From Candidatus Uhrbacteria bacterium (GTDB lineage Bacteria > Patescibacteriota > Patescibacteriia > UBA9934 > GWF2-40-263), in the NCBI GenBank assembly GCA_016844925.1, contig JAERTI010000036.1:79863-143862 (forward strand): a stretch of 64,000 nucleotides of DNA, given 5' to 3'. Of the stretch, positions 9,846-18,062 are shown piece by piece. The translations under genes were made by a program, and so were the position numbers. Under the pieces are notes generated by a model, which did not search any database, was not told the origin of the DNA, and saw only the letters and a program-made list of their open reading frames with translations. The number at the start of each line of letters is the position of its first letter. The first letter of the stretch is position 1.

Positions 9846-11033
9846 ATGCGTTACGTCATTATCGGAGGAGGTGTTGCTGGCACAACAGCCGCTGGAGAGC
9901 TACGGAAGCTCGACTCCTCTGCAGAGATCACACTTATTTCAGAGGAACAACACCCGCTGTATTCGCGGGTGTTGTTGCCGCATTATCTTCTGGGGAAGGT
10001 TGAGCGCGACCGCGTGTTTTTAAAAAAGGAAACCTGGTACGCAGAGCAGGAGATCGAGTGGCTGAGGGGGGAGATGGTGACGGTGGTGAATCCTCGCAAC
10101 AAATTTGTCGGGCTGCTGAGTGGGCGCGAGATTGAGTACGACAAGCTGCTCATCACCACTGGGGGTCATCCCCGTGTGATCGATGAGGACCTGCGTGGGG
10201 TGAGTTACTTCCGTACGCTCGATGACGCCGACCACATGAATCAATTGTTCCTCGGACGCGGCAGTAATGCTCGTGGAGGAATCTATGGAGGAGGGTTCAT
10301 TGCCTGTGAGTACCTTAATCTTTTTGCCCATTTCAAGATCCCAACAACGCTGGCTCATCGCGGCGCGCACTTTTGGACACGCGTGCTCGAGCCAGTGTCT
10401 GGTGAGCTGATCGCTAAGCATCTTACAGATCAAGGTGTTGAGATTCATGCCAATGCACCTCTTCAAGGGCTGGAAGGCGATAAGGAGCTGACCGGGTTTG
10501 TCACGAGTAAGGGCCGACATGAAGCAAGCATTTTTGGTGTGGGAATTGGAGTGGCACCAGATCTTTCATGGCTTGCCGAGGCTGGAATCGAGACGGGCTT
10601 TGGAATCAAGGTCAACGAATACCTCGAGACAAACATCCCTGACATCTACGCGGCTGGGGATGTGGCGGAGTACTTCGATACGATTCTTGGTCGCCAGCTC
10701 AACATTGGAAACTGGACCAATGCGATGAGTCAGGGGCGTGTGGTTGCTAAAACCATGGTGGGAGAGCGGACGGCATATGAGATGGTGACGTCCTATGCCA
10801 TGAATGTCCTTGGGCTCGATATGATTTTTATTGGCGATACACTTAAGGCTGTTGCCGACCAGGTTTGCCTGATTGGATCCATTGAAACAGGGGGAATCAC
10901 ACAGGTTCATGAGCGCGATGGACGAATCGTTGGAGGCGTGTGCCTTGGTCGAAATACAGACAGGGGAGCCATAACCAAAGGAATTAAAGAGAAAACACCT
11001 GCGTCAGAGATCATCAACACTTTGTCAGGATAG
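9846..11033 (+). CDS. FAD-dependent NAD(P)H oxidoreductase (ferredoxin/rubredoxin reductase-like)
   Basis: IIGGGVAG, YDKLLITTGG, GGGFIACE, TNIPDIYAAGDVAE. Confidence 0.9.
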   Translation: MRYVIIGGGVAGTTAAGELRKLDSSAEITLISEEQHPLYSRVLLPHYLLGKVERDRVFLKKETWYAEQEIEWLRGEMVTVVNPRNKFVGLLSGREIEYDKLLITTGGHPRVIDEDLRGVSYFRTLDDADHMNQLFLGRGSNARGGIYGGGFIACEYLNLFAHFKIPTTLAHRGAHFWTRVLEPVSGELIAKHLTDQGVEIHANAPLQGLEGDKELTGFVTSKGRHEASIFGVGIGVAPDLSWLAEAGIETGFGIKVNEYLETNIPDIYAAGDVAEYFDTILGRQLNIGNWTNAMSQGRVVAKTMVGERTAYEMVTSYAMNVLGLDMIFIGDTLKAVADQVCLIGSIETGGITQVHERDGRIVGGVCLGRNTDRGAITKGIKEKTPASEIINTLSG

Positions 11034-11034
11034 A

Positions 11035-11063
11035 TTGACAAAGTACCGTTTTCTTGGTAAGAA
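11035..11063 (+). promoter_or_regulatory. Putative sigma70 promoter of GC-rich islet gene
   Basis: TTGACA-17 nt-TAAGAA (weak -10). Confidence 0.5.
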
Positions 11064-11213
11064 AAGGCCTTCTTTACGTGCGGCGCAAGCCAAACATGAG
11101 AAGGTCTTTCTGTTTCCGAGTAGTGAACACTGGGCCTTGGTCTGGTGTTTTCGACGCGGAACTTCCTAGTACCTGACAACTCAGATGCGGCAAGCCGCAC
11201 GGAGGAGATCGCA

Positions 11214-13382
11214 ATGGCCGTGGACATCAGCATGTTCAAGTCCCTGGTTCGAGAGACATTCGAATCCAAGGGCCGCGAGGGCGCCGAGAGGATGCTTCGC
11301 GAAGGAATCGCCGCCGGCGAGGACACCAGTGGGCTGATCAAGAAGCTCTCGGTGTGGATGCTCGACGAGAATGGCGAGTTCATGACCATGGTGCGAGCCA
11401 TCCCCGGCTCGTCCGAGGTTCCGCACCTGGCCACCATCGCGGTGGCGCACATCCTCGAGGATTCGAATCTGATCGATTCGCTCATCCCCGACAACAAGAC
11501 GCCCGCGGTGCGCGGCCTCAAGTTCGCGCTCAAGACCGGCCTGGCCGGCATGATCGCCGGCATTGGCGAGGGAACCTCTGGGTTCCTGCGCGGCAAGGTC
11601 GCCGGCGTGGTCGACGACCATGTCTCGGCTGAGCGCGTCGCTGTGGCGGACCGCAAGGGACGCCTCGACGAGCTGCTCATCATCTCCGACGAGCGCTTCG
11701 GCCTGCGCCGACCGCTCATCATGGCGCGCGACGCCAGTGGTGATGTGCTCGCCACCGACCGTGGTTACCCGCGGGTGGAAGACGGTGAGGGCATGGCCTT
11801 CATCTCCGCCTGGGAGCGTGCCAACCCCGAGGTCACCACGACCAAGAAGTCCGGTGGCAAGGGTGGGCAGACCACCAGCGAGACCAAGAAGCTGACGCCG
11901 CCCTGGCGTCGCGTCTGGCTCAGCGAATACCTCGCGTTGCTCAAGTCCTCTCCGGGGACGACCGTGGATCAGGCGCTCATCGAGCGTCTGGAGAAGCTGG
12001 TCACCCCCTCCAAGTCTTCGGACTGGGAGGAGGGGTACTCCATGGAGACCCTGAGGGTGCAGCGTGCCACCGCCGCGTCCGCTCCGGACATGCCGTCCAT
12101 CATGCGGGCGGAGATCGAGGAGATGTGGCGGTCCGTGCGCAAGCGCAAGCCGCCCATGAAGCTCCTCAACTTCCATGTCGGTGAGACCTTCCACGAGAAG
12201 ATCACCGCCGAGGGCAAGCTCTCGGTGGACGACATCCAGTCGATGATCGACACCATGGACATGCACCTGCGTGGAGATCAGGGGCTGTTCACTCAGGGCC
12301 GCAAGGCACTGGGTGTGGCCTCGGACTACCTGCGGACACTCGGGACGTCCGAAGACGAGCGCAAGATGATCCGGGCAGGACTGCTCGGCATCCTCTCGCC
12401 CGGACTCCTCTGGGCCATGGGAGCGGTGCTGACGGTGATGCTCCTGGTCACCGCCATCGCGATGAGCGGATCCCCGTTCATGTCGACCAGCTGGGCCATC
12501 GGCATGATCTGTTCGATGGTGGGTGGAGTTATCGGCTTCAACATCACCTGGCCCGTCCCCTTCGTGGAGATGGTGCTCACCCCCTTGTTCGGGGGCAAGA
12601 CCGAAGATGACTGGCTCAAGGACATCGGTCGTCAGGTGGCGGCGTTCGCGCTGGCCCTCGGCTGCGGCATCCTGCCGCTGCTCATCTACTTCGAGGCTCC
12701 GGCCTTCGTGGCAGCCCTGTTCGTCTCTGGTCTGGTGCTGGCGCCCATCGGGTACCTGTTCACCTACGCACGCCTGGGCGAGCACGAGCAGGCCAAGCAG
12801 CTGGTGCTGCGCAACCTGAAGAAGGCGACCTGGGTCCTCATGGGAGCCACGTTGGTGGTGACCGTCGCCGTGATCCTGATCAACGGCCTGCTGTCTCACT
12901 GGGTCAGCGGTCCCGAGCTCATCCAGCTCGCGGTGTTGCTCCTGACGGGAGTTGTCTCGGGCTTTGTCCTGGGGCTCCTCAAGTCCTGGATCTTCCAGCT
13001 GATCGTGCTGGCCCTCGTCATCGGCTTCGCCGCCTGGCGCTTCACCAAGGCCGAGCGCGTCTGGGACGGTGGTGGCTACAAGATCCACGAGATCCCCGTG
13101 TGGCGGCCGGTCCTGATCGGTCTGGCCATCGTCTCGCTGATCGGCATCGGCTACCAGCCGGTGAAGGCAGAGTGGAAGCAGACGATCGCGAGTCGCTCCA
13201 TGGAGAGCTTCCTCGCCTTCGTGCAGAGCTGGGACGATCCTGATCCGGCTCCGGCCACAACTCCCGCGTCCACCGCGGGAGGGCAGAGTACCTCCACACC
13301 CAGTGGTGTGGGGAAGCCGCCGACACAGGCGGAGTGCAACGCCATGCCGCCGATGTTCCGCAAGGACTTCGGCTGCAAGTAG
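11214..13382 (+). CDS. GC-rich orphan polytopic membrane protein
   Basis: GGAGGA SD 7 nt before ATG; soluble N-half, many hydrophobic segments in the C-half; GC3-rich codons. Confidence 0.8.
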   Translation: MAVDISMFKSLVRETFESKGREGAERMLREGIAAGEDTSGLIKKLSVWMLDENGEFMTMVRAIPGSSEVPHLATIAVAHILEDSNLIDSLIPDNKTPAVRGLKFALKTGLAGMIAGIGEGTSGFLRGKVAGVVDDHVSAERVAVADRKGRLDELLIISDERFGLRRPLIMARDASGDVLATDRGYPRVEDGEGMAFISAWERANPEVTTTKKSGGKGGQTTSETKKLTPPWRRVWLSEYLALLKSSPGTTVDQALIERLEKLVTPSKSSDWEEGYSMETLRVQRATAASAPDMPSIMRAEIEEMWRSVRKRKPPMKLLNFHVGETFHEKITAEGKLSVDDIQSMIDTMDMHLRGDQGLFTQGRKALGVASDYLRTLGTSEDERKMIRAGLLGILSPGLLWAMGAVLTVMLLVTAIAMSGSPFMSTSWAIGMICSMVGGVIGFNITWPVPFVEMVLTPLFGGKTEDDWLKDIGRQVAAFALALGCGILPLLIYFEAPAFVAALFVSGLVLAPIGYLFTYARLGEHEQAKQLVLRNLKKATWVLMGATLVVTVAVILINGLLSHWVSGPELIQLAVLLLTGVVSGFVLGLLKSWIFQLIVLALVIGFAAWRFTKAERVWDGGGYKIHEIPVWRPVLIGLAIVSLIGIGYQPVKAEWKQTIASRSMESFLAFVQSWDDPDPAPATTPASTAGGQSTSTPSGVGKPPTQAECNAMPPMFRKDFGCK

Positions 13383-13414
13383 GTACACCTCTCGGTCGAG
13401 TCAACCTCGGCCAA

Positions 13415-13462
13415 CGCAGGTCTGTTTGACCCCTAATTCATGGGGAAAAACGGACCTTTTTT
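13415..13462 (+). terminator. Long imperfect hairpin with T tract
   Basis: AGGTCTGTTT..CCCC/GGGG..AAACGGACCT followed by TTTTT. Confidence 0.6.
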
Positions 13463-13473
13463 GTTTAAAATCA

Positions 13474-13502
13474 TTGACAAAACCCCTATTTTCTGCTATT
13501 GT
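13474..13502 (+). promoter_or_regulatory. Sigma70 promoter of GC-rich islet
   Basis: TTGACA-17 nt-TATTGT with TG extension. Confidence 0.65.
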
Positions 13503-13669
13503 GCCCCGTTCACGCAACATCTATTTGAGGGGTCAGATAAGGTATTGATGTGTCCAGAGAACGGTTGTTTTCTGGAATCCCCTCGACATCAATGCCTTTT
13601 CTGTTCCTTCAAGAAGAATCTCTCGATGAGCGAGATGGTTCGATCACAACCTGAGAAAGGAGGAGCCAG

Positions 13670-14263
13670 ATGCGTTGCTTCTGGATTCCGATCATCCTGG
13701 CGCTCGTGGTGTCAGGGTGTGCGACCGTCACCAGAACCGTCGATACCACCCCGGTGGATCTCGACGACGATGGTGAGGCCGAGACGACGCGCGAGAGCGT
13801 GACGGTGCAGTACCGAGGCAGCCTGCCGCCCCGACCCGTGGACATCATGGATGCGACGGACGAGACGGACAGCGAGGCCCTGGAGCTGGCCGGACAGGCG
13901 ATCGATCGCGGGATGGCGACCAGCGTCACCGTGACCGATGGCAGCGTGAGCGTGCAGGCAGGACAGGGCTACTACGGCACCTACTCCAGCGCGCCGGTGA
14001 TCTCCCCCTCGGGAGAGGTCTACGCCGCGCCCGATGTGGTGAGCACCCCCTACGGCTACCAGGCCACGGGAGGAGGCTCGCTGCCCCAGCTGCAGACCAC
14101 CACCGTGGTCCACGTGCCTTCCACCGGTGCGACCTCTCGCCCCGGCGGTGAGGTCACCTGCCCCGGTGAAGGTGAGCCCGCGCCCAAGCCCGGTACGCCC
14201 GAGCACGACGCCTGCATGGAGCAGGCGCTGCGCGCGATGGGCAAGCGCGTCTACGGACAGTAG
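13670..14263 (+). CDS. GC-rich orphan lipoprotein
   Basis: AGGAGG SD; signal peptide with lipobox VSG-C. Confidence 0.75.
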   Translation: MRCFWIPIILALVVSGCATVTRTVDTTPVDLDDDGEAETTRESVTVQYRGSLPPRPVDIMDATDETDSEALELAGQAIDRGMATSVTVTDGSVSVQAGQGYYGTYSSAPVISPSGEVYAAPDVVSTPYGYQATGGGSLPQLQTTTVVHVPSTGATSRPGGEVTCPGEGEPAPKPGTPEHDACMEQALRAMGKRVYGQ

Positions 14264-14342
14264 GTCAGCGGGGGAATGAGCTCACGTTGACCACACGAAA
14301 TTTCTGTGTGGCCCAGCAGAGCTCGGCCCCCTGGAGGAAGAC

Positions 14343-15296
14343 ATGAAGAAGCAGACCCTGACCGCCCTGGTCCTGATCATGCTGGCGACCCTGCTGGCCG
14401 CGCCCCAGGCGCTGGCCGACAACGAGCTGGCGATCCTGCGCTACTGCACGGAGAAGTACCCCGAGAAGGGAGAGCCCTTCAACCAATGCATCATCAGCAA
14501 GCGTCTGGTGGTAGCTGAGTACGAGCGCGACCAGCTCGCGCAGCAGCTGGCTCAGGCTCAGGAGGAGCTCGCGACCCTCACGGCACAGCTCCAGAGCGGG
14601 CGTGAGATGGACGAGGAAGTGATCGCGGAGCTCAGCAGGCTCTCGGAGCTCGTCGGTGAGCTGCAGAGCCAGGTGGCGAGCTACGAGGAGGAGCGTGAGA
14701 GCGCCCCCGAGCAGCCCGTCCAGGCGGCCCCGCAGCCCCAGCAGACCGCTCCGGTTCACGCCGGCGGTGTGGTCACCGTGACCACGGGCGTGTCGTACCG
14801 ACAGGGACGTCGCCCCGCGCTGGTCTCGGTCTACCCGATCGACGCCGATCCGGAGGTGGTGAACATTTCGGCGCTGACCCACAAGAACACCTACTACAAG
14901 TGTGGAGGTGCTCCGGGTCGGCTGGTGATGGTGACCAACCACGGTCTGCCCATGGCGGTCACGGCCCCGGAAGGAATGCCCAGCGGATTCGTCGAGGTCT
15001 ACGTGGACCTCAACGGTGACGGGGTCTCCGACGGCAGCCGCAAGGTCATCGACCCGAGCGTCCACGGTGACATCAACATCACCTGGCACGAGGGCGACGA
15101 CATCCGCTTCACCTACCTGAAGAACAGTGGTGAGGTCCTGCTGGTTCCCGGCCTGCCCCCGCAGACTCTCTGGGAGATCCCCAGCTCGGGTGTGAAGGGT
15201 TGTGAGCTCGATGACCCGCGACGTGACCGCGAGCTGGTCCGGGCAGCCGACGAACAGAGCCTGAGGCTCTACGACGGCGTCTGGCCCGTCCGCTGA
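14343..15296 (+). CDS. GC-rich orphan secreted coiled-coil protein
   Basis: GGAGGA SD; signal peptide ending ALA-D; heptad-rich segment. Confidence 0.75.
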   Translation: MKKQTLTALVLIMLATLLAAPQALADNELAILRYCTEKYPEKGEPFNQCIISKRLVVAEYERDQLAQQLAQAQEELATLTAQLQSGREMDEEVIAELSRLSELVGELQSQVASYEEERESAPEQPVQAAPQPQQTAPVHAGGVVTVTTGVSYRQGRRPALVSVYPIDADPEVVNISALTHKNTYYKCGGAPGRLVMVTNHGLPMAVTAPEGMPSGFVEVYVDLNGDGVSDGSRKVIDPSVHGDINITWHEGDDIRFTYLKNSGEVLLVPGLPPQTLWEIPSSGVKGCELDDPRRDRELVRAADEQSLRLYDGVWPVR

Positions 15297-15476
15297 GAGA
15301 AAACCGTGCCTTGCGCACATTGACCTGCCTGAGGGTAGGTCCGTCCTCCGGGACACACGACGAAGCGCTCTTGGGCGGCTCGGACGATACGAAATCGTCC
15401 TGAGCCCCTAAGAGCGCTGTTGTATTTCACAAACCAAAAACTCCGGCCAGGAGACCGGAGCTTTCCGAATGATTGT

Positions 15477-15860
15477 TTAAGCGGTTGCTGTGACCAAGGC
15501 GTCGATCACGAAGTCGGCGATGGCATAAGCGGCGATGATGATCACCAGACCAATGACAGCCTGTGAAAGAAGCTTCTTGGCTTTCTTGACCTTGTCCTCT
15601 TCTCCCTGGGAGGTGAGGTAAAGGAATCCTGCGTAGACAACCAGCACCACGAAGATGATACCGAGCACGGAGAGCAGGACGGCAATCAAGTTACCAATGA
15701 GTTCCGGGAGCTCGTTTGCTGTTGCCTCTGAACCGATACCCGTTCCAACGTCCTCGAGGCTGCTCTGCGCTTCAGAAAGCTGAGCGAAAGCGGCCGCAGG
15801 GAGAAGGAGGGCTGGCAGGGTTGAGAGCCAGGCGGCGAATTTGATGTAAGCGTTTTTCAT
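15477..15860 (-). CDS. VirB2/TrbC-like pilin (CPR type)
   Basis: Signal peptide, then IGNLI...GIIFVVLVVYAGFLYLTSQGEEDKVKKAKKLL..AVIGL.II..AYAI. Confidence 0.85.
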   Translation of the reverse strand: MKNAYIKFAAWLSTLPALLLPAAAFAQLSEAQSSLEDVGTGIGSEATANELPELIGNLIAVLLSVLGIIFVVLVVYAGFLYLTSQGEEDKVKKAKKLLSQAVIGLVIIIAAYAIADFVIDALVTATA

Positions 15861-15895
15861 AAAGATAGTGAGACTAAGTTTCAATTGAGTTTAGA

Positions 15896-16297
15896 TTAGC
15901 CAAGGGCGGTCGTAAGAGCTTGGACGAGGTACGTGGTGACCGCATAGGCTGTGACCACGATTAGGATACCGATGACGGACGTAGTGAGCATGCTCTTCGC
16001 CTTCTTCACCTTACCTTCTTCGCCAGCTGCCGTCATGTAGAGCATTCCCGCGTAGACCATGATGACCAGGAAGATGATGCCGGTCAGGGCAAGCATGGCT
16101 GCGATCAGATTTCCGATAATGGTCGAGATGGACGAGGTGGAAAATAATCCTCCCCCAGTAGTTTCGATGCCACTTCGGATGGTTTCAGCAGCGTTATCAT
16201 CAGCTAGGGCTTCTGGCGCGATGAAGATCGCGAGTCCCAGCACTGCCACTACAGCCAAGCCCATAAGGCTCAGGTTGAGCGTTCGTTTCAATGTCAT
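15896..16297 (-). CDS. VirB2/TrbC-like pilin (CPR type)
   Basis: YAGMLYMTAAGEEGKVKKAK..L...VIG. Confidence 0.85.
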   Translation of the reverse strand: MTLKRTLNLSLMGLAVVAVLGLAIFIAPEALADDNAAETIRSGIETTGGGLFSTSSISTIIGNLIAAMLALTGIIFLVIMVYAGMLYMTAAGEEGKVKKAKSMLTTSVIGILIVVTAYAVTTYLVQALTTALG

Positions 16298-16395
16298 AGA
16301 GGTTTGTTCAACCGTCTGTTGTTCACACGAGCTCGCGAATACTCACGCGCTCATGCAAACCCCCATCGTTGGCTGGATGGGGATTGATCTAGATC

Positions 16396-16839
16396 TTACG
16401 ATGTTGCGGAGACAATTGAATCAATAACGAAGCTGGCAATGGCGTATGCCGAGAGGATAATCACCAGTCCGATAATACCGGAGAAGATGAGCTGCTTCGC
16501 GTTCTTCACTTTGTCCTCAGCACCAGCGGCTGTCATCCACTTGAATCCTCCAAGCAAGATGATTACCACAGCGATCACACCAAGGAATCCTAGAGCGATA
16601 CGGATAATAGCTGCGATGGTGTCAACCAGATCCGCTGATCCAAGACCAGTGGCTAGTTGAAAGTCTGAGTCTGATCCCGTGCTACCACCAAAGAGTTCAT
16701 CTGCGGTCAGTTGAGTGTCAGTGGATGCTGCTGTTGCGCCAACATCGCTGATACCTACAAGTGCAATGGCCCCAATTGAGAGGGCGAGGATAGCACCAAG
16801 GAAGAATCCGATGCGTTTTTTAGATAATGTGTTTGTCAT
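16396..16839 (-). CDS. VirB2/TrbC-like pilin (CPR type)
   Basis: GGFKWMTAAGAEDKVKNAKQLIFSGIIGL; AAGGGGGTGA SD. Confidence 0.87.
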   Translation of the reverse strand: MTNTLSKKRIGFFLGAILALSIGAIALVGISDVGATAASTDTQLTADELFGGSTGSDSDFQLATGLGSADLVDTIAAIIRIALGFLGVIAVVIILLGGFKWMTAAGAEDKVKNAKQLIFSGIIGLVIILSAYAIASFVIDSIVSATS

Positions 16840-16971
16840 AGACGTCACCCCCTTTCCTAATGAAAAAGAATTAAGGCGTTTATTGAGTTAAAAATGTATT
16901 CGAAGTTATTCTACCGTTTTTAAGCCTCTCCAGGTAACTAAGATATCCACACGGCCTATTTTCAACTGCTC

Positions 16972-17331
16972 CTAGACGACGGTGCCCTCTGTAAGAATGG
17001 AGAGAACGGCACTGACCAGCACATACGCGAGCAGCATGACAGTGAGGCCAAGAACAGCCCATTTAATAGTCTCTTTCCCCTTCTTGATGCGATCTTGTTC
17101 ACCCGCAGAGAACAGCCACTGGAATCCACCCCAGACAAACATGAGCAGGGCAACGGATCCTGTGATACCGAAGATGCCCTGAATGAGTCTTCGGACAATC
17201 TCGTTGACTCCTACATGTCCCAATGGGTCGGTCAGTGTTGTGGCTGCTGCTGAAGCGAGCGATGGGGCACTCAAGAGGGCTAGACTAACGAGCCCATACC
17301 AGGAGCGTCGAATTGTTTGTGTGGTCATCAT
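16972..17331 (-). CDS. VirB2/TrbC-like pilin (CPR type)
   Basis: WGGFQWLFSAGEQDRIKKGKETIKWAVLGL. Confidence 0.85.
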   Translation of the reverse strand: MMTTQTIRRSWYGLVSLALLSAPSLASAAATTLTDPLGHVGVNEIVRRLIQGIFGITGSVALLMFVWGGFQWLFSAGEQDRIKKGKETIKWAVLGLTVMLLAYVLVSAVLSILTEGTVV

Positions 17332-18062
17332 AGAGATGTTCTGAAGTGAGTATAGCAGCATTGAATTCGTGGGGATCCTTCACAAGTTTCCGTACAGGGG
17401 CCTGAATAGTAGAAATAGGATTCTGATGAATAGGAACTTGGAACGCTTTCTGTATCGATACAGGTGTAGTAGTCGTAGGTACCAAGGACCTCATCGTATG
17501 TTCCTGATCCATCTGGATAGGTTTGTTCACACTCACTCAGGCAGAGGCCGTCTTCTGTACAGGTGCTGTGATCTCCGCAGGCCCATCCAACGGTTGCATC
17601 AGTACAAAATGACGTGAACTCTTCGGTCTCATCGCTGGTTCCGTAGATGGTGCCTGATGTAAGTACTTGTTTGAGTGTATAGATACCAGTCCAGGCAAAC
17701 AGGACGATGAGGAGGCCGACGGTGCTGATTTTGATGTACTTCTTTCCTTTTTTCACACGCTCTGGATCACCGGCAGAAACCAACATCCAGAATCCCCCGA
17801 TGACATACATAAGGAGAACGATTCCCCCGATGATGCTCAGAATGTAGTTCCCCACGTTGCTGAACACCTGCATGATGTCGGTCAATGTGCAGTCACCCGT
17901 ATTTCCGCAGGCGTTGGAGATGCCTTGCATGAATGGCCCTACCTCACCCTCGGTACATTTTCCTGTTGGGCCAGGCTTACAGATATTGGATGAGTAGGCC
18001 TGGGTGCTAGCCGGGGCGAGTGTGAGCGAGACAAGAATGAGTGCTAAGAGAATCCTCCTCAT
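17328..18062 (-). CDS. VirB2/TrbC-like pilin with Cys-rich extensions
   Basis: GGFWMLVSAGDPERVKKGK core flanked by Cys-rich N- and C-terminal segments. Confidence 0.82.
   Translation of the reverse strand: MRRILLALILVSLTLAPASTQAYSSNICKPGPTGKCTEGEVGPFMQGISNACGNTGDCTLTDIMQVFSNVGNYILSIIGGIVLLMYVIGGFWMLVSAGDPERVKKGKKYIKISTVGLLIVLFAWTGIYTLKQVLTSGTIYGTSDETEEFTSFCTDATVGWACGDHSTCTEDGLCLSECEQTYPDGSGTYDEVLGTYDYYTCIDTESVPSSYSSESYFYYSGPCTETCEGSPRIQCCYTHFRTSL

Noticed and set aside
11181-13388. 735-aa antisense ORF (also 14265..15356, 29077..29814, 50990..51793)
   Set aside because: Shadow ORFs produced by GC3-rich sense codons. The opposite strand has the SDs, signal peptides and motifs.
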